Virus record (IMG/VR): IMGVR_UViG_3300032280_000642
Location: 64,001 to 128,000 of that record
Length of the DNA stretch: 64,000 nt
From: a virus
Lineage: Duplodnaviria > Caudoviricetes
Strand: one strand, 5' to 3'
The notes under the pieces are model-generated. The model did no database searches. It had not been told where the DNA came from and worked only from the letters and a program-made list of their open reading frames with translations. Positions within the stretch are counted from its first letter, which is position 1; each line of letters opens with the position of its first letter. Shown in pieces: positions 30,254-39,349 of this stretch. The position numbers were made by a program, and so were the translations under genes.

Positions 30254-30261
30254 ATTATAGC

Positions 30262-30287
30262 AAACTTAAATGCAGGTTTTCATATAA
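30262..30287 (+). promoter_or_regulatory. Putative middle-class promoter AAAC-N17-TATAA
   Basis: AAAC 30262-65, TATAA 30283-87. Confidence 0.55.
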
Positions 30288-30308
30288 TAATAAAATTAAT
30301 CGAAATTA

Positions 30309-31637
30309 ATGACACCACAATTAGAAAAAGTATTTTTCAATTACATTTTAAAGAATAAGAAGTATTTTGATGTAGTTAAAACGTTCTTTTTTAGAAATTC
30401 TGAAATTCAATTTGTTTACGGAGTTATCAGACAATACATGCTAGATAATAATGATCCTGGTATACCTACACCAAGACAGATATTAGACATGGTCGCTCTT
30501 GAAGACAAAGAAGGTGTTATCACTAAAGATATTTTAAAATCAATTTTACAAGTAGACCTTAAAGAGTACGATGAAAAAAACTTCATCGAACCAAAATTTA
30601 ACGCTTGGATTTTAGCCAATCGTTTAAAAACTGGGACTGTTGATATTATCGATGAAACCAGAAACCTTGATTCTATCTCAGACTTTGAAAAGGCAGTTGA
30701 AGCAGCCGGTCGTATTAAAGCAATCGTAGATGAAATGTCATCTACTAATTTTGTTGATGATGACGATATGGGAACCGACTTTGACGATGCAGAAAGTCAC
30801 GTACAAGATAGTTCTCGATTCAAAGTTAGCTGTGGTTTTCCAACTATTGACCATATGTTAGGTGGTGGATGGGATATTGGAACTTTCAATGTAATTATGG
30901 CAGAGACTAATAATGGTAAATCATTATGGATGCAAAACTTTGCTATCAAATCAGCTGATATGGGACATAATGTTCTTTATATCACTTTAGAAATGAGTGA
31001 AAGAAAAGTTATGAAACGTTTAGGTGCAATGCGTTTAAAAATTCCAATCAATGATTATGATACTATATCAAAAGACACTGATTTAATTAAGAAAAGAATT
31101 GCCGGTTTAAGTAAAACTGATGGTGGTGATATTTTTGATAAAAAAGTTGGTAAGATATATGCCAAATTCTGGGCAGCAGGAACTGCCACCGTTGCAGATT
31201 TTGATAATTACATTCAAAAACTTAAAGAGAAAAAAGGAATTAAAATTGATTTAGTTATTGTTGATTATATCACTCTTGTGGCTGCACCTAAAGGCACAGG
31301 AACTGATAACTTATATTCTAAAGGTAAAGTTTTATCTGAAGGATTAAGAGCAATAGGAGCTAAATATAAATGTCCTGTGATAACTGGAGTTCAAGTTGCG
31401 AAAGATGCTTGGAACTCTGCAGATATTACATTAGAAAGTGTGCCCGAATCTAAGGCTATTGCTGAAACAGCCGACACTTTCTTTGCAATTATTCGTACAG
31501 AAGAAATGAAAAGACAAAACTTGTATAGATTCAAGTTACTAAAACAAAGAGATGGTGACTTTTTGAAGTCACAGATTAGGCTTACCCTAAACTCAACCTA
31601 CTTAACTTTAGAGAACGACCAGTTCTTAGATAGTTAA
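30309..31637 (+). CDS. Replicative DnaB/gp41-like helicase
   Basis: GFPTIDHMLGGG, AETNNGKS (Walker A), LYITLEMSE, VIVDY, VITGVQ and ESKAIAETAD. Confidence 0.9.
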   Translation: MTPQLEKVFFNYILKNKKYFDVVKTFFFRNSEIQFVYGVIRQYMLDNNDPGIPTPRQILDMVALEDKEGVITKDILKSILQVDLKEYDEKNFIEPKFNAWILANRLKTGTVDIIDETRNLDSISDFEKAVEAAGRIKAIVDEMSSTNFVDDDDMGTDFDDAESHVQDSSRFKVSCGFPTIDHMLGGGWDIGTFNVIMAETNNGKSLWMQNFAIKSADMGHNVLYITLEMSERKVMKRLGAMRLKIPINDYDTISKDTDLIKKRIAGLSKTDGGDIFDKKVGKIYAKFWAAGTATVADFDNYIQKLKEKKGIKIDLVIVDYITLVAAPKGTGTDNLYSKGKVLSEGLRAIGAKYKCPVITGVQVAKDAWNSADITLESVPESKAIAETADTFFAIIRTEEMKRQNLYRFKLLKQRDGDFLKSQIRLTLNSTYLTLENDQFLDS

Positions 31638-31678
31638 CAAACAAAATGATATTTTGTTATATAAAAAAATAAAAAACT

Positions 31679-32644
31679 ATGGCAAAGAAACATGTCAGTG
31701 ATGAAGACGACGACTTCGAAAATGACTTCGATGAGATTGAAGATTTTGAAGGTCCTTCTATGGAAGAATTTGATGAAGAAGATTCTGATGATTCCAGTGA
31801 CTCTGGTTTAGACTTTGGTGATGATGAGGATTTAGATATAATCATTGAAATAGATGAAGATGATTTAGATCTTGATTTAGAACCAGAAGTAGAGAAAGTA
31901 ATTGACACTATTGAAGAGGATATTGTTTTGTCTAAACATAAAATAGAAGGAAAACACTCATTAAAGTATGATTCAATCTTTAAAGGTAAGAAAGAGGAAG
32001 CAGTTGATGAAGACGATACTTCAGATTTATTCTCCGGTTATTACAGAGAAACAATAGAAGTGGATAAAGGTTCTAACTATCATTTTGAATCAATTGATAA
32101 TGAAATGTATATTAGAACAAAATTAGTTAAAGAAAGAGTTTATTTCGTATTAGGAGAACATACTGCAATAAACTTCTTGAATAACAGAAGAAAACCATCA
32201 AGAGTAGATTTTAACAATTATTACTCTTTATTAAAAATTCATCTTAAAGATGAAAGCTTTACAAATGTTGAACTTTTTAATGAACTATCAGTTTACTTTT
32301 CTGATAATTTATTCAATATGTTTAAACTATTAGATAACAAGTGGCGTAATTTAATAATTACTGAATTACAAGACCACATTGGAAAAAATATTAATTCAAA
32401 AGATATTACAAATAGAAATATCTATGAAGGAACAGAAATCGAATTTGTTTGGGATGATCCAATTACAGAAGAAGAAAAGATTATTACTGGTGTTGTAATG
32501 GAAACAGACTACGATACTAGTACTTTTAAAGTGGATTCGTATGAAAATATCTATATTGTAGATATTAAAAATATTACGAAAATTTTAAATAATACTAAAT
32601 TCAAGTATAACCTAAACAAACTCAACAACATAGATTTTTTATAA
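31679..32644 (+). CDS. Hypothetical protein with extremely acidic N-terminal ~80 aa
   Basis: D/E-rich N-terminus; AAAC-N17-TATAA at 31639-31664. Confidence 0.75.
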   Translation: MAKKHVSDEDDDFENDFDEIEDFEGPSMEEFDEEDSDDSSDSGLDFGDDEDLDIIIEIDEDDLDLDLEPEVEKVIDTIEEDIVLSKHKIEGKHSLKYDSIFKGKKEEAVDEDDTSDLFSGYYRETIEVDKGSNYHFESIDNEMYIRTKLVKERVYFVLGEHTAINFLNNRRKPSRVDFNNYYSLLKIHLKDESFTNVELFNELSVYFSDNLFNMFKLLDNKWRNLIITELQDHIGKNINSKDITNRNIYEGTEIEFVWDDPITEEEKIITGVVMETDYDTSTFKVDSYENIYIVDIKNITKILNNTKFKYNLNKLNNIDFL

Positions 32645-32744
32645 AATAAAATTTTTTGACATTATAAAAAACCAATAAAAAAAAGAATATTGATTTTTTT
32701 AGATTAAAAAGTATTTCAATATATAAAAAACAAAAAATTAATAA

Positions 32745-35294
32745 ATGAGCATGATAAAAGTAATGAAAAGAAATGGTAAGAAAGAGCCAGTCATGTTAGA
32801 CAAAATCTTAGACAGAATAACACAACAAACTTATGGTTTAGACCAAAAGTGGATTGTTCCTTTTGAAGTTGCCCAAAAGGTAATCGAAGGAATTATGCCA
32901 GACATTCAAACTTCTGTTTTAGATCAACTAGCAATGGAGACTGCAGCATCTCTTACAACAAAACACCCTGACTATTCAACATTAGCGGCAAGATTAGCAA
33001 TTACGGCATTACACAAAGAAACTAAGAAAAGTTTTTCAGAAACTGTTTCTGACTTATACAAATACGTAGATCCAAAAACTAGAAAGCACTCACCGATTGT
33101 TTCTAAAACTTTCTACGATATTGTAAAAAAACACGCAGACGAATTAGACTCTGCGATTGTACACTCCAGAGATCATAACTTTGATTACTTTGGATTCAAA
33201 ACATTAGAAAAATCATATCTATTGAAACTTGACGGTAAAGTTGCCGAAAGACCTCAATATATGTATATGAGAACTGCACTACAAGTTTGTGGTGAAGACA
33301 TACAAGGTGTTATCGATACTTATAACTTACTTTCAGAAGGTTATTACACACACGCTACACCAACATTATTCAACTCTGGAACAACAAGACCACAATTATC
33401 TTCTTGTTTCTTACTTGATACAGAATCAGATTCTATCGAAGGTATTTTCAATACTTTAAAAGAATCTGCACAGATTTCTAAAAATGCAGGTGGTATTGGT
33501 ATCTCTTTTACAAAAGTAAGAGCAAAAGGTACTTATATCGCAGGAACTAACGGTACTTCAAATGGTATTATTCCTTTCCTAAAAATCTTCAACGAAACTG
33601 CAAGAGCAGTAGACCAAGGTGGTGGGAAAAGAAAAGGATCTATTGCAATTTATATGGAACCTTGGCATGCAGACATTATGGACTTCTTAGATTTAAGAAA
33701 AAATCAAGGTAAAGATGAAATCAGAGCGAGAGATTTATTCTTAGCTATGTGGACCAATGACTTATTTATGGAAAGAGTTGACTTAGACGAAGATTGGTCT
33801 TTAATGTGTCCACACGAATGTCCTGGGTTAACTGAAACTTATGGTCAAGAATTTAGAGATTTATACATTGGTTATGAATCAGAAGGAAGATTTAAAAGAG
33901 TAGTTAAAGCTAGAGAAGTATGGAATAAAATCTTAGAATCTCAAATTGAAACTGGAACTCCTTATATCTTATATAAAGACTCTATCAACGAGAAGTCTAA
34001 CCAATCAAACATTGGTGTAGTTAGAAGTTCTAATTTGTGTGCAGAAATTGTGGAGGCCACTGGAATTACTAAAGTTCAGAAAGAAATTCTTCAAAATAAA
34101 GAATTATTGGAAAGTTTAGGATTAGGTTCATTCTACGGTGAAGAATCTGTAAATGAAACTGCAGTTTGTAACTTAGCTTCTATTGCACTTCCTAAGTTTG
34201 TAAATAAAAACAAAACTTATAACCATAACAAGTTATTTGATGTTGCTTATCAAGCTACTATAAACTTAAATAAAGTTATTGATGTAAATTACTATCCATC
34301 AGAAGCAGCTAGATTCTCAAACTTATTACATAGACCAGTTGGTTTAGGTGTTCAAGGATTAGCAGACGTATTCTTTTTATTAGGAATTACTTATGATTCT
34401 GATGAGGCAAAATCATTAAACAAAGAGATTTTTGAAACTATTTACTATGCTTCAATTAAAGCTTCTTGTGATTTAGCTAAAGTAGAAGGAGCCTACCCAA
34501 CATTTGCTGGATCTCCAATTTCAGAAGGTAAATTCCAATTTGACTTATGGGGAACAAAACCAACAAAAAGATGGGATTGGGACAAGTTAAGAGAAGACAT
34601 TAAAAAATATGGTGTTAGAAACTCTTTAACTACTTGTATTATGCCAACTGCATCAACTGCATCTATCTTAGGAAACGAAGCAAGTTGTGAAGCTCAAACT
34701 TCAAATATGTACACAAGAGGTGTTTTATCTGGTACTTTTATCATTGTAAACAAATACCTTGTAAAAGAGTTAGTTAAATTAGGTATCTGGTCTGATAACA
34801 TTAGAAGAAAGATTATTGCAGAGAATGGTTCAGTTCAAAACATACCTGAAATTCCTACTAATGTAAAAGAAATATTTAAAACAGTTTATGAGATTAAACA
34901 AAGAGACGTAATTGATATGGCTGCAGAAAGAGGTGCATTTATTGATCAAACTCAATCAATGAACATCTTTATGGATTCTCCAAACTTCGCAAAATTGACA
35001 GCAATGCACTTTTACGGATGGGGAAGAAGAGCTCTTATGAAAGATGAAAATGGTGTTGAAATTATCCCACAAGGAGAAAACACAGAAGTAATCTATGATA
35101 AAGCGGGGAAACCAAGATTTTACAGAGAGAAAAAATCAGCTTTAAAAACTGGTATTTACTATCTAAGAAATAAAGCAGCAGGTGATGCAGTTAAATTCAC
35201 AACTCAAGAAGAAGTGAAATCTACTGAAGATCAAATGGCAGAAATCAGTTGTTCGTTAGACAACCCAGATGATTGTTTAGCATGTGGTTCATAA
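32745..35294 (+). CDS. nrdA: Class Ia ribonucleotide reductase alpha subunit with ATP cone
   Basis: VMKRNG ATP cone, ATPTLFN, SSCFL, SNLCAE, VCNLAS, MPTASTA, LKTGIYY and C-terminal CLAC. Confidence 0.95.
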   Translation: MSMIKVMKRNGKKEPVMLDKILDRITQQTYGLDQKWIVPFEVAQKVIEGIMPDIQTSVLDQLAMETAASLTTKHPDYSTLAARLAITALHKETKKSFSETVSDLYKYVDPKTRKHSPIVSKTFYDIVKKHADELDSAIVHSRDHNFDYFGFKTLEKSYLLKLDGKVAERPQYMYMRTALQVCGEDIQGVIDTYNLLSEGYYTHATPTLFNSGTTRPQLSSCFLLDTESDSIEGIFNTLKESAQISKNAGGIGISFTKVRAKGTYIAGTNGTSNGIIPFLKIFNETARAVDQGGGKRKGSIAIYMEPWHADIMDFLDLRKNQGKDEIRARDLFLAMWTNDLFMERVDLDEDWSLMCPHECPGLTETYGQEFRDLYIGYESEGRFKRVVKAREVWNKILESQIETGTPYILYKDSINEKSNQSNIGVVRSSNLCAEIVEATGITKVQKEILQNKELLESLGLGSFYGEESVNETAVCNLASIALPKFVNKNKTYNHNKLFDVAYQATINLNKVIDVNYYPSEAARFSNLLHRPVGLGVQGLADVFFLLGITYDSDEAKSLNKEIFETIYYASIKASCDLAKVEGAYPTFAGSPISEGKFQFDLWGTKPTKRWDWDKLREDIKKYGVRNSLTTCIMPTASTASILGNEASCEAQTSNMYTRGVLSGTFIIVNKYLVKELVKLGIWSDNIRRKIIAENGSVQNIPEIPTNVKEIFKTVYEIKQRDVIDMAAERGAFIDQTQSMNIFMDSPNFAKLTAMHFYGWGRRALMKDENGVEIIPQGENTEVIYDKAGKPRFYREKKSALKTGIYYLRNKAAGDAVKFTTQEEVKSTEDQMAEISCSLDNPDDCLACGS

Positions 35295-35298
35295 ATTC

Positions 35299-35331
35299 AA
35301 TAAATCCTCTTTTTAAGAGGATTTATTTTTT
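35299..35331 (+). terminator. Intrinsic terminator after nrdA
   Basis: AATAAATCCTCTT-TTT-AAGAGGATTTATTTTTT. Confidence 0.75.
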
Positions 35332-35444
35332 ACTATAAAAAATCCACCTTGGAAAAAAGCGAAATTTTCGAGGTTACTATATACATAAAATAAATTAAAA
35401 AAAAGATTAAACTTTTTCTAATTTAGTAATAGAATAATATAACT

Positions 35445-35755
35445 AGTAGCAAATCTAACAGATACATCGAAATGGTATTCAACAAAACTCTGTGGATAAA
35501 TTACTCTGGTTTTATTTATAAAAAAACGCAAACATAGCAAAGTTCTAAGATACTTCGTATATTATACAACTATCAGAAAGAACGTATAGAGACGACTACT
35601 CTATGCTACCATGTAAGGGCATTAGCGCTTGCCTCTGGTCGAAAAGTCAGGAATTCATAAGTTTCCTTCAAAAATATGAGTGAGATGTTGCTTTAAATAT
35701 CGGCAAAGTTAAGTAGAATTCTTTGCGTCGCTTAGGCTAATATTCTTGTTTGCTA
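35445..35755 (+). ncRNA. Candidate Ro60-associated (Y-RNA-like) structured RNA or array of 2-3 RNA modules
   Basis: ORF-free region directly upstream of Ro60; promoter-like AAAC-N17-TAGAA at 35409-35434; repeated GCAAA..GATAC(A/T)TCG starts; multiple helices; 5' TAGCAAA can pair with 3' TTTGCTA; strong terminator follows. Confidence 0.6.
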
Positions 35756-35764
35756 AATTATAAT

Positions 35765-35804
35765 AAGACCAGATTTACAGAAATGTAATTCTGGTCTTTT
35801 TTTT
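35765..35804 (+). terminator. Strong intrinsic terminator between ncRNA region and Ro60 gene
   Basis: AAGACCAGATTTACA-GAAA-TGTAATTCTGGTCTTTTTTTT. Confidence 0.85.
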
Positions 35805-35836
35805 ACAAAAAAACGAAATAAAAATAAAATAATAAT

Positions 35837-37285
35837 ATGTCAAAATTTAACACAACCGTAAAAGAACCAAAAACAAAAACTATAAACCTAGCAGGTGGTG
35901 AAGCTTATTCTCAAACAAACGAATTAGCTTTAGTATCTATGTTACTAACTTCATTTGTGAATGATCAGTTCTACAAGTCTGGTAATGATACATTAAAAGA
36001 TTTAAGAAGTTTGATTAAGAAAGTAGATCCTGAGTTTGCCGCGAAAGCTGCTATTTATGCTCGTGATAAATTTGGTATGAGAAGTATTACTCACGCTTTG
36101 GCAGGTGAATTGACATCAGAATTAAAAGGTAGTGAATTAGGTAAAAACTTCTATGACAAAGTTGTAGTTCGTGTTGATGATATGACTGAGATTATGTCAT
36201 ACTACTTAATGCACAAAACAAGTAAAGACAATCCAAAGTTCCCAAACTCTTTGAAAAAAGGATTTGCAAAAGCTTTCGATAAATTTGATGCGTACCAGTT
36301 AGCGAAATATTCTGGTAAAAACAAAGACCTTAAATTGGTTGACTTGGTGAACATTGTACACCCTGTTCCAACTGATAGAAACAAAACTGCCTTAGAATTA
36401 CTTGTTAAAGGTGATTTGAAAAACACTGAAACTTGGGAAGCTAAACTTTCTCAAGCAGGTCAAGTAGCCGAAAATGAAGAAGATTTAACTCAATTAAAAG
36501 CTGATGCTTGGACTGATTTAATCACTTCAAGAAAAATTGGTTATTTTGCACTTTTAAGAAACCTAAGAAATATCTTAAATCAAGCACCTAACGCAGTTCC
36601 GGCTGCTTGTGAGTTGTTAGTAGATGAGAAAATGATTAGTAAATCAAGAGTTTTACCTTTTAGATTTGCGACTGCTTATGAAGAAATCAGTAAAATGGGT
36701 TCTTCAAAAGGAGTTAGAGAAGTATTGGTTGCAATAAACCAAGCGTTAGAGGTTTCAATGTGTAATGTTCCTAAGTTTGATGGTGATACATTAGTTGTTA
36801 TGGACGTTTCTGGATCAATGAGTGGAAGACCTTCTGAGATTGCTTCATTATTTGGTGCGATTTTAGCAAAATCTAATAATGCGGATGTTTTAACATTCGC
36901 CAACAGAGCTGATTACAAGTCATATAATCCATTGGATTCTGTTATGACAATTAGAAATAGTTTTAGATACTCTGGTGGTGGTACGAATTTCAAATCAATC
37001 TTTACAACTGCTAATAAAAAGTACGATAGAGTAGTAATACTCTCAGACCTTCAAGGTTGGATTGGTTACACAAGTCCAAGTGCTGAGTTTAAACAATACA
37101 AGAAAACATATGATGCGAATCCTTATGTTTACTCTTGGGATCTTGCCGGACTCGGCACAATGCAGTTTCCAGAAAACAATGTATTTGCTTTGGCTGGTTT
37201 CTCTGATAAAGTTTTTGACGTAATGAAGATGATGGAGATGGATAAAAAAGCTCTTTTCAATGAAATTAAAGCTATTCAACTTTAA
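35837..37285 (+). CDS. rsr: Ro60/TROVE-domain RNA-binding protein with C-terminal vWA domain
   Basis: NLAGGEAY, AIYAR..GMRS, FDAYQLAKY, LLRNLRNI, SRVLPFRF, MIDAS DVSGSM, GGTN, ILSD, LAGFSDKVF. Confidence 0.92.
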   Translation: MSKFNTTVKEPKTKTINLAGGEAYSQTNELALVSMLLTSFVNDQFYKSGNDTLKDLRSLIKKVDPEFAAKAAIYARDKFGMRSITHALAGELTSELKGSELGKNFYDKVVVRVDDMTEIMSYYLMHKTSKDNPKFPNSLKKGFAKAFDKFDAYQLAKYSGKNKDLKLVDLVNIVHPVPTDRNKTALELLVKGDLKNTETWEAKLSQAGQVAENEEDLTQLKADAWTDLITSRKIGYFALLRNLRNILNQAPNAVPAACELLVDEKMISKSRVLPFRFATAYEEISKMGSSKGVREVLVAINQALEVSMCNVPKFDGDTLVVMDVSGSMSGRPSEIASLFGAILAKSNNADVLTFANRADYKSYNPLDSVMTIRNSFRYSGGGTNFKSIFTTANKKYDRVVILSDLQGWIGYTSPSAEFKQYKKTYDANPYVYSWDLAGLGTMQFPENNVFALAGFSDKVFDVMKMMEMDKKALFNEIKAIQL

Positions 37286-37287
37286 TT

Positions 37288-37313
37288 AAAAACCCACCAA
37301 TTGGTGGGTTTTT
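37288..37313. terminator. Bidirectional terminator, perfect 26-bp palindrome
   Basis: AAAAACCCACCAATTGGTGGGTTTTT. Confidence 0.8.
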
Positions 37314-38078
37314 TTATCTCCATATTTTTTCGAGGTTTATCTTAGAAGTCATCTCAACTACTTTACCATCTTTAATAAGTGAGTATCTTTGTATAGGAGC
37401 AAACATTGTTATAATTTTCTTAACTTTTACTATTTCTTGTGATTCCATATCAAAGTTAAAGATTTGTAAAAGGTTTTCAATTTCACTATATTTTAAATGG
37501 TTTTTATGACCAACAAAATGAGTAAAGTCATAGAAGTAAGAATTATAAACACCTGAATTTTCTTCTGCTGATTTTATAATTAAAAAGTTAGTTAAACTAT
37601 TTTCAACTCCAATTGAGGGTAATGTGTATTTATATCCATCAACTACAAAACATCTATGTTTATAATCGTAGTAGTTTATCAATTCTCCTAGTTGAAAGTA
37701 GTTAAAGTTTTTTACTCCAAATTCAATTTTTTCATTTTTATCTTGTTCTTTATCAAAATAAACTAGATTGATTGGTCTTCCTTTTGTTAGTTTAACAATT
37801 TCTAAGAAAATAAATATAACGTCAATTGATTTAAGGTCTTCATATTTATATCCTTTACTTAGGGTTATATTTCTTTCAACTATTTTCTTAATGTAATAGA
37901 TTACGACACCAACGTCATCTCTAACGTAGTTTTTTTCATAATCTTCTATATCTTTTTTACTTGCAGCCCTAACCGTTACTTCAAAGTCTTCTTTATAGAA
38001 TAATCCTTGAGATGGTAACAGTTTAATATCTATCTTTCTTTTACTTACAAATAATTTTCTAAAAAATTCTATTATCAT
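37314..38078 (-). CDS. Putative baseplate hub assembly protein (T4 gp26/gp51-like)
   Basis: LLPSQGLFY...VTVRAA...DLKSIDVIFIFLEI pattern; late promoter. Confidence 0.5.
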   Translation of the reverse strand: MIIEFFRKLFVSKRKIDIKLLPSQGLFYKEDFEVTVRAASKKDIEDYEKNYVRDDVGVVIYYIKKIVERNITLSKGYKYEDLKSIDVIFIFLEIVKLTKGRPINLVYFDKEQDKNEKIEFGVKNFNYFQLGELINYYDYKHRCFVVDGYKYTLPSIGVENSLTNFLIIKSAEENSGVYNSYFYDFTHFVGHKNHLKYSEIENLLQIFNFDMESQEIVKVKKIITMFAPIQRYSLIKDGKVVEMTSKINLEKIWR

Positions 38079-38128
38079 ACTTTATATATTATTTTTTAGG
38101 GGCTCATGACAGACTAATATATACTTTT

Positions 38129-38842
38129 ATGATTATAAATGGTGATTGTTATGAAGAATTATTGAAGATTGAAAGTAATTCTATTGATTTGGTTTTAATA
38201 GATCCACCTTATAACATCTCTCGAAACTCTGGATTTAAAGGTATTTCAGATAATACATCAAAAGAGATGGCTTCTAAATATAACATCTCTATTGACTTTG
38301 GTGATTGGGATAAAAAAGAGTTAAATTGGGAAGAACTTTTTAAACAATATTACAGGATTTTAAAGAAAGGTGGTACTTTAATAGTTTTTTATGATATATG
38401 GAAATCTAATGAATTAAAAGAAACTGCGGATTTAGTTAAGTTCAAACAACCGAGAGTAGGTTGTTGGATTAAAAATAATCCTGTTCCAATCAACTCAAAA
38501 ACAAATTACTTATCAAATGCTACTGAGTACTTTTTTACGTTTGTAAAAGACAAAAAACCGACATTTCATTCAGATTATGATAATGGATTTTACAAATATC
38601 CGATTTGTCACGGTAAAGAAAGATATGAACATCCAACACAGAAACCATTAGAATTAATGAAAGATTTAATAAAGAAACATTCTAATCCTGGTGATACTGT
38701 ATTAGACTCATTTGCGGGAACAGGAACAACCGGACACGCGGCTTATTTATTAGATAGGAAGTTTATTTTAATTGAGAAAGAAGAAAAGTACTTTGAAATT
38801 ATTAAAAAAAGACTGGAGGAACTAAACAAAACTGATATATAG
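38129..38842 (+). CDS. Orphan N6-adenine/N4-cytosine DNA methyltransferase (beta class)
   Basis: GDC, IDPPY, HPTQKP, VLDSFAGTGTT; no cognate endonuclease adjacent. Confidence 0.9.
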   Translation: MIINGDCYEELLKIESNSIDLVLIDPPYNISRNSGFKGISDNTSKEMASKYNISIDFGDWDKKELNWEELFKQYYRILKKGGTLIVFYDIWKSNELKETADLVKFKQPRVGCWIKNNPVPINSKTNYLSNATEYFFTFVKDKKPTFHSDYDNGFYKYPICHGKERYEHPTQKPLELMKDLIKKHSNPGDTVLDSFAGTGTTGHAAYLLDRKFILIEKEEKYFEIIKKRLEELNKTDI

Positions 38843-38867
38843 TTATATAAAAAATAAAAGTTTAAAA

Positions 38868-39269
38868 ATGAGTATGATAATTAAAAATGCACAACTTACT
38901 AATGACACAATTTCAGCTTTAAATACTTTAATTGAATTAGATATTAAAGCAGGAGTTGCTTTTAGATTGACAAGAATAATTAAAGAATTATCTTCTATTG
39001 TTGAAGATAAATTAAAGATGGAGAAAAAAATCTTAGACAAGTGGGTTGAGAAGGATGAGGAAGGAAATCCAGTAATTCCTAAGGGACAAGATGGTAATCC
39101 AATTGAAGGTACTGTTAGTATCACAAATGTAGAAGAGTTCACAAAAGAAATGAGTGAATTGATGGAAATTGAAACAGAACTTCCATTTGATAAGATTGAA
39201 TTTGAAGATTTAGGTTTAACAACTGCTAAAGTTAAAGATTTAATAAAATTAGAATTCTTATTTAACTAA
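38868..39269 (+). CDS. Hypothetical helical protein
   Basis: 133-aa ORF with AAAC-N18-TATAA upstream and a terminator at 39274-39300. Confidence 0.7.
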   Translation: MSMIIKNAQLTNDTISALNTLIELDIKAGVAFRLTRIIKELSSIVEDKLKMEKKILDKWVEKDEEGNPVIPKGQDGNPIEGTVSITNVEEFTKEMSELMEIETELPFDKIEFEDLGLTTAKVKDLIKLEFLFN

Positions 39270-39349
39270 TAACAAGTCCGACGAAAGTTGGACTTTTTTT
39301 ATAAAGTAGCCCTAAATTTTTTATATATACATAAAAAGAATTTAATTAG

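Noticed and set aside
32745-35294. Intein or intron in nrdA
   Set aside because: The insertions are short, in frame, and lack C/S...HN splice termini.
35445-35755. Canonical tRNA or YrlA tRNA-like domain
   Set aside because: No GTTCRA T-loop, cloverleaf or CCA end could be found by eye; kept only as a Y-like candidate.
38129-38842. Restriction-modification system
   Set aside because: No adjacent restriction endonuclease; an orphan protective methyltransferase is more likely.
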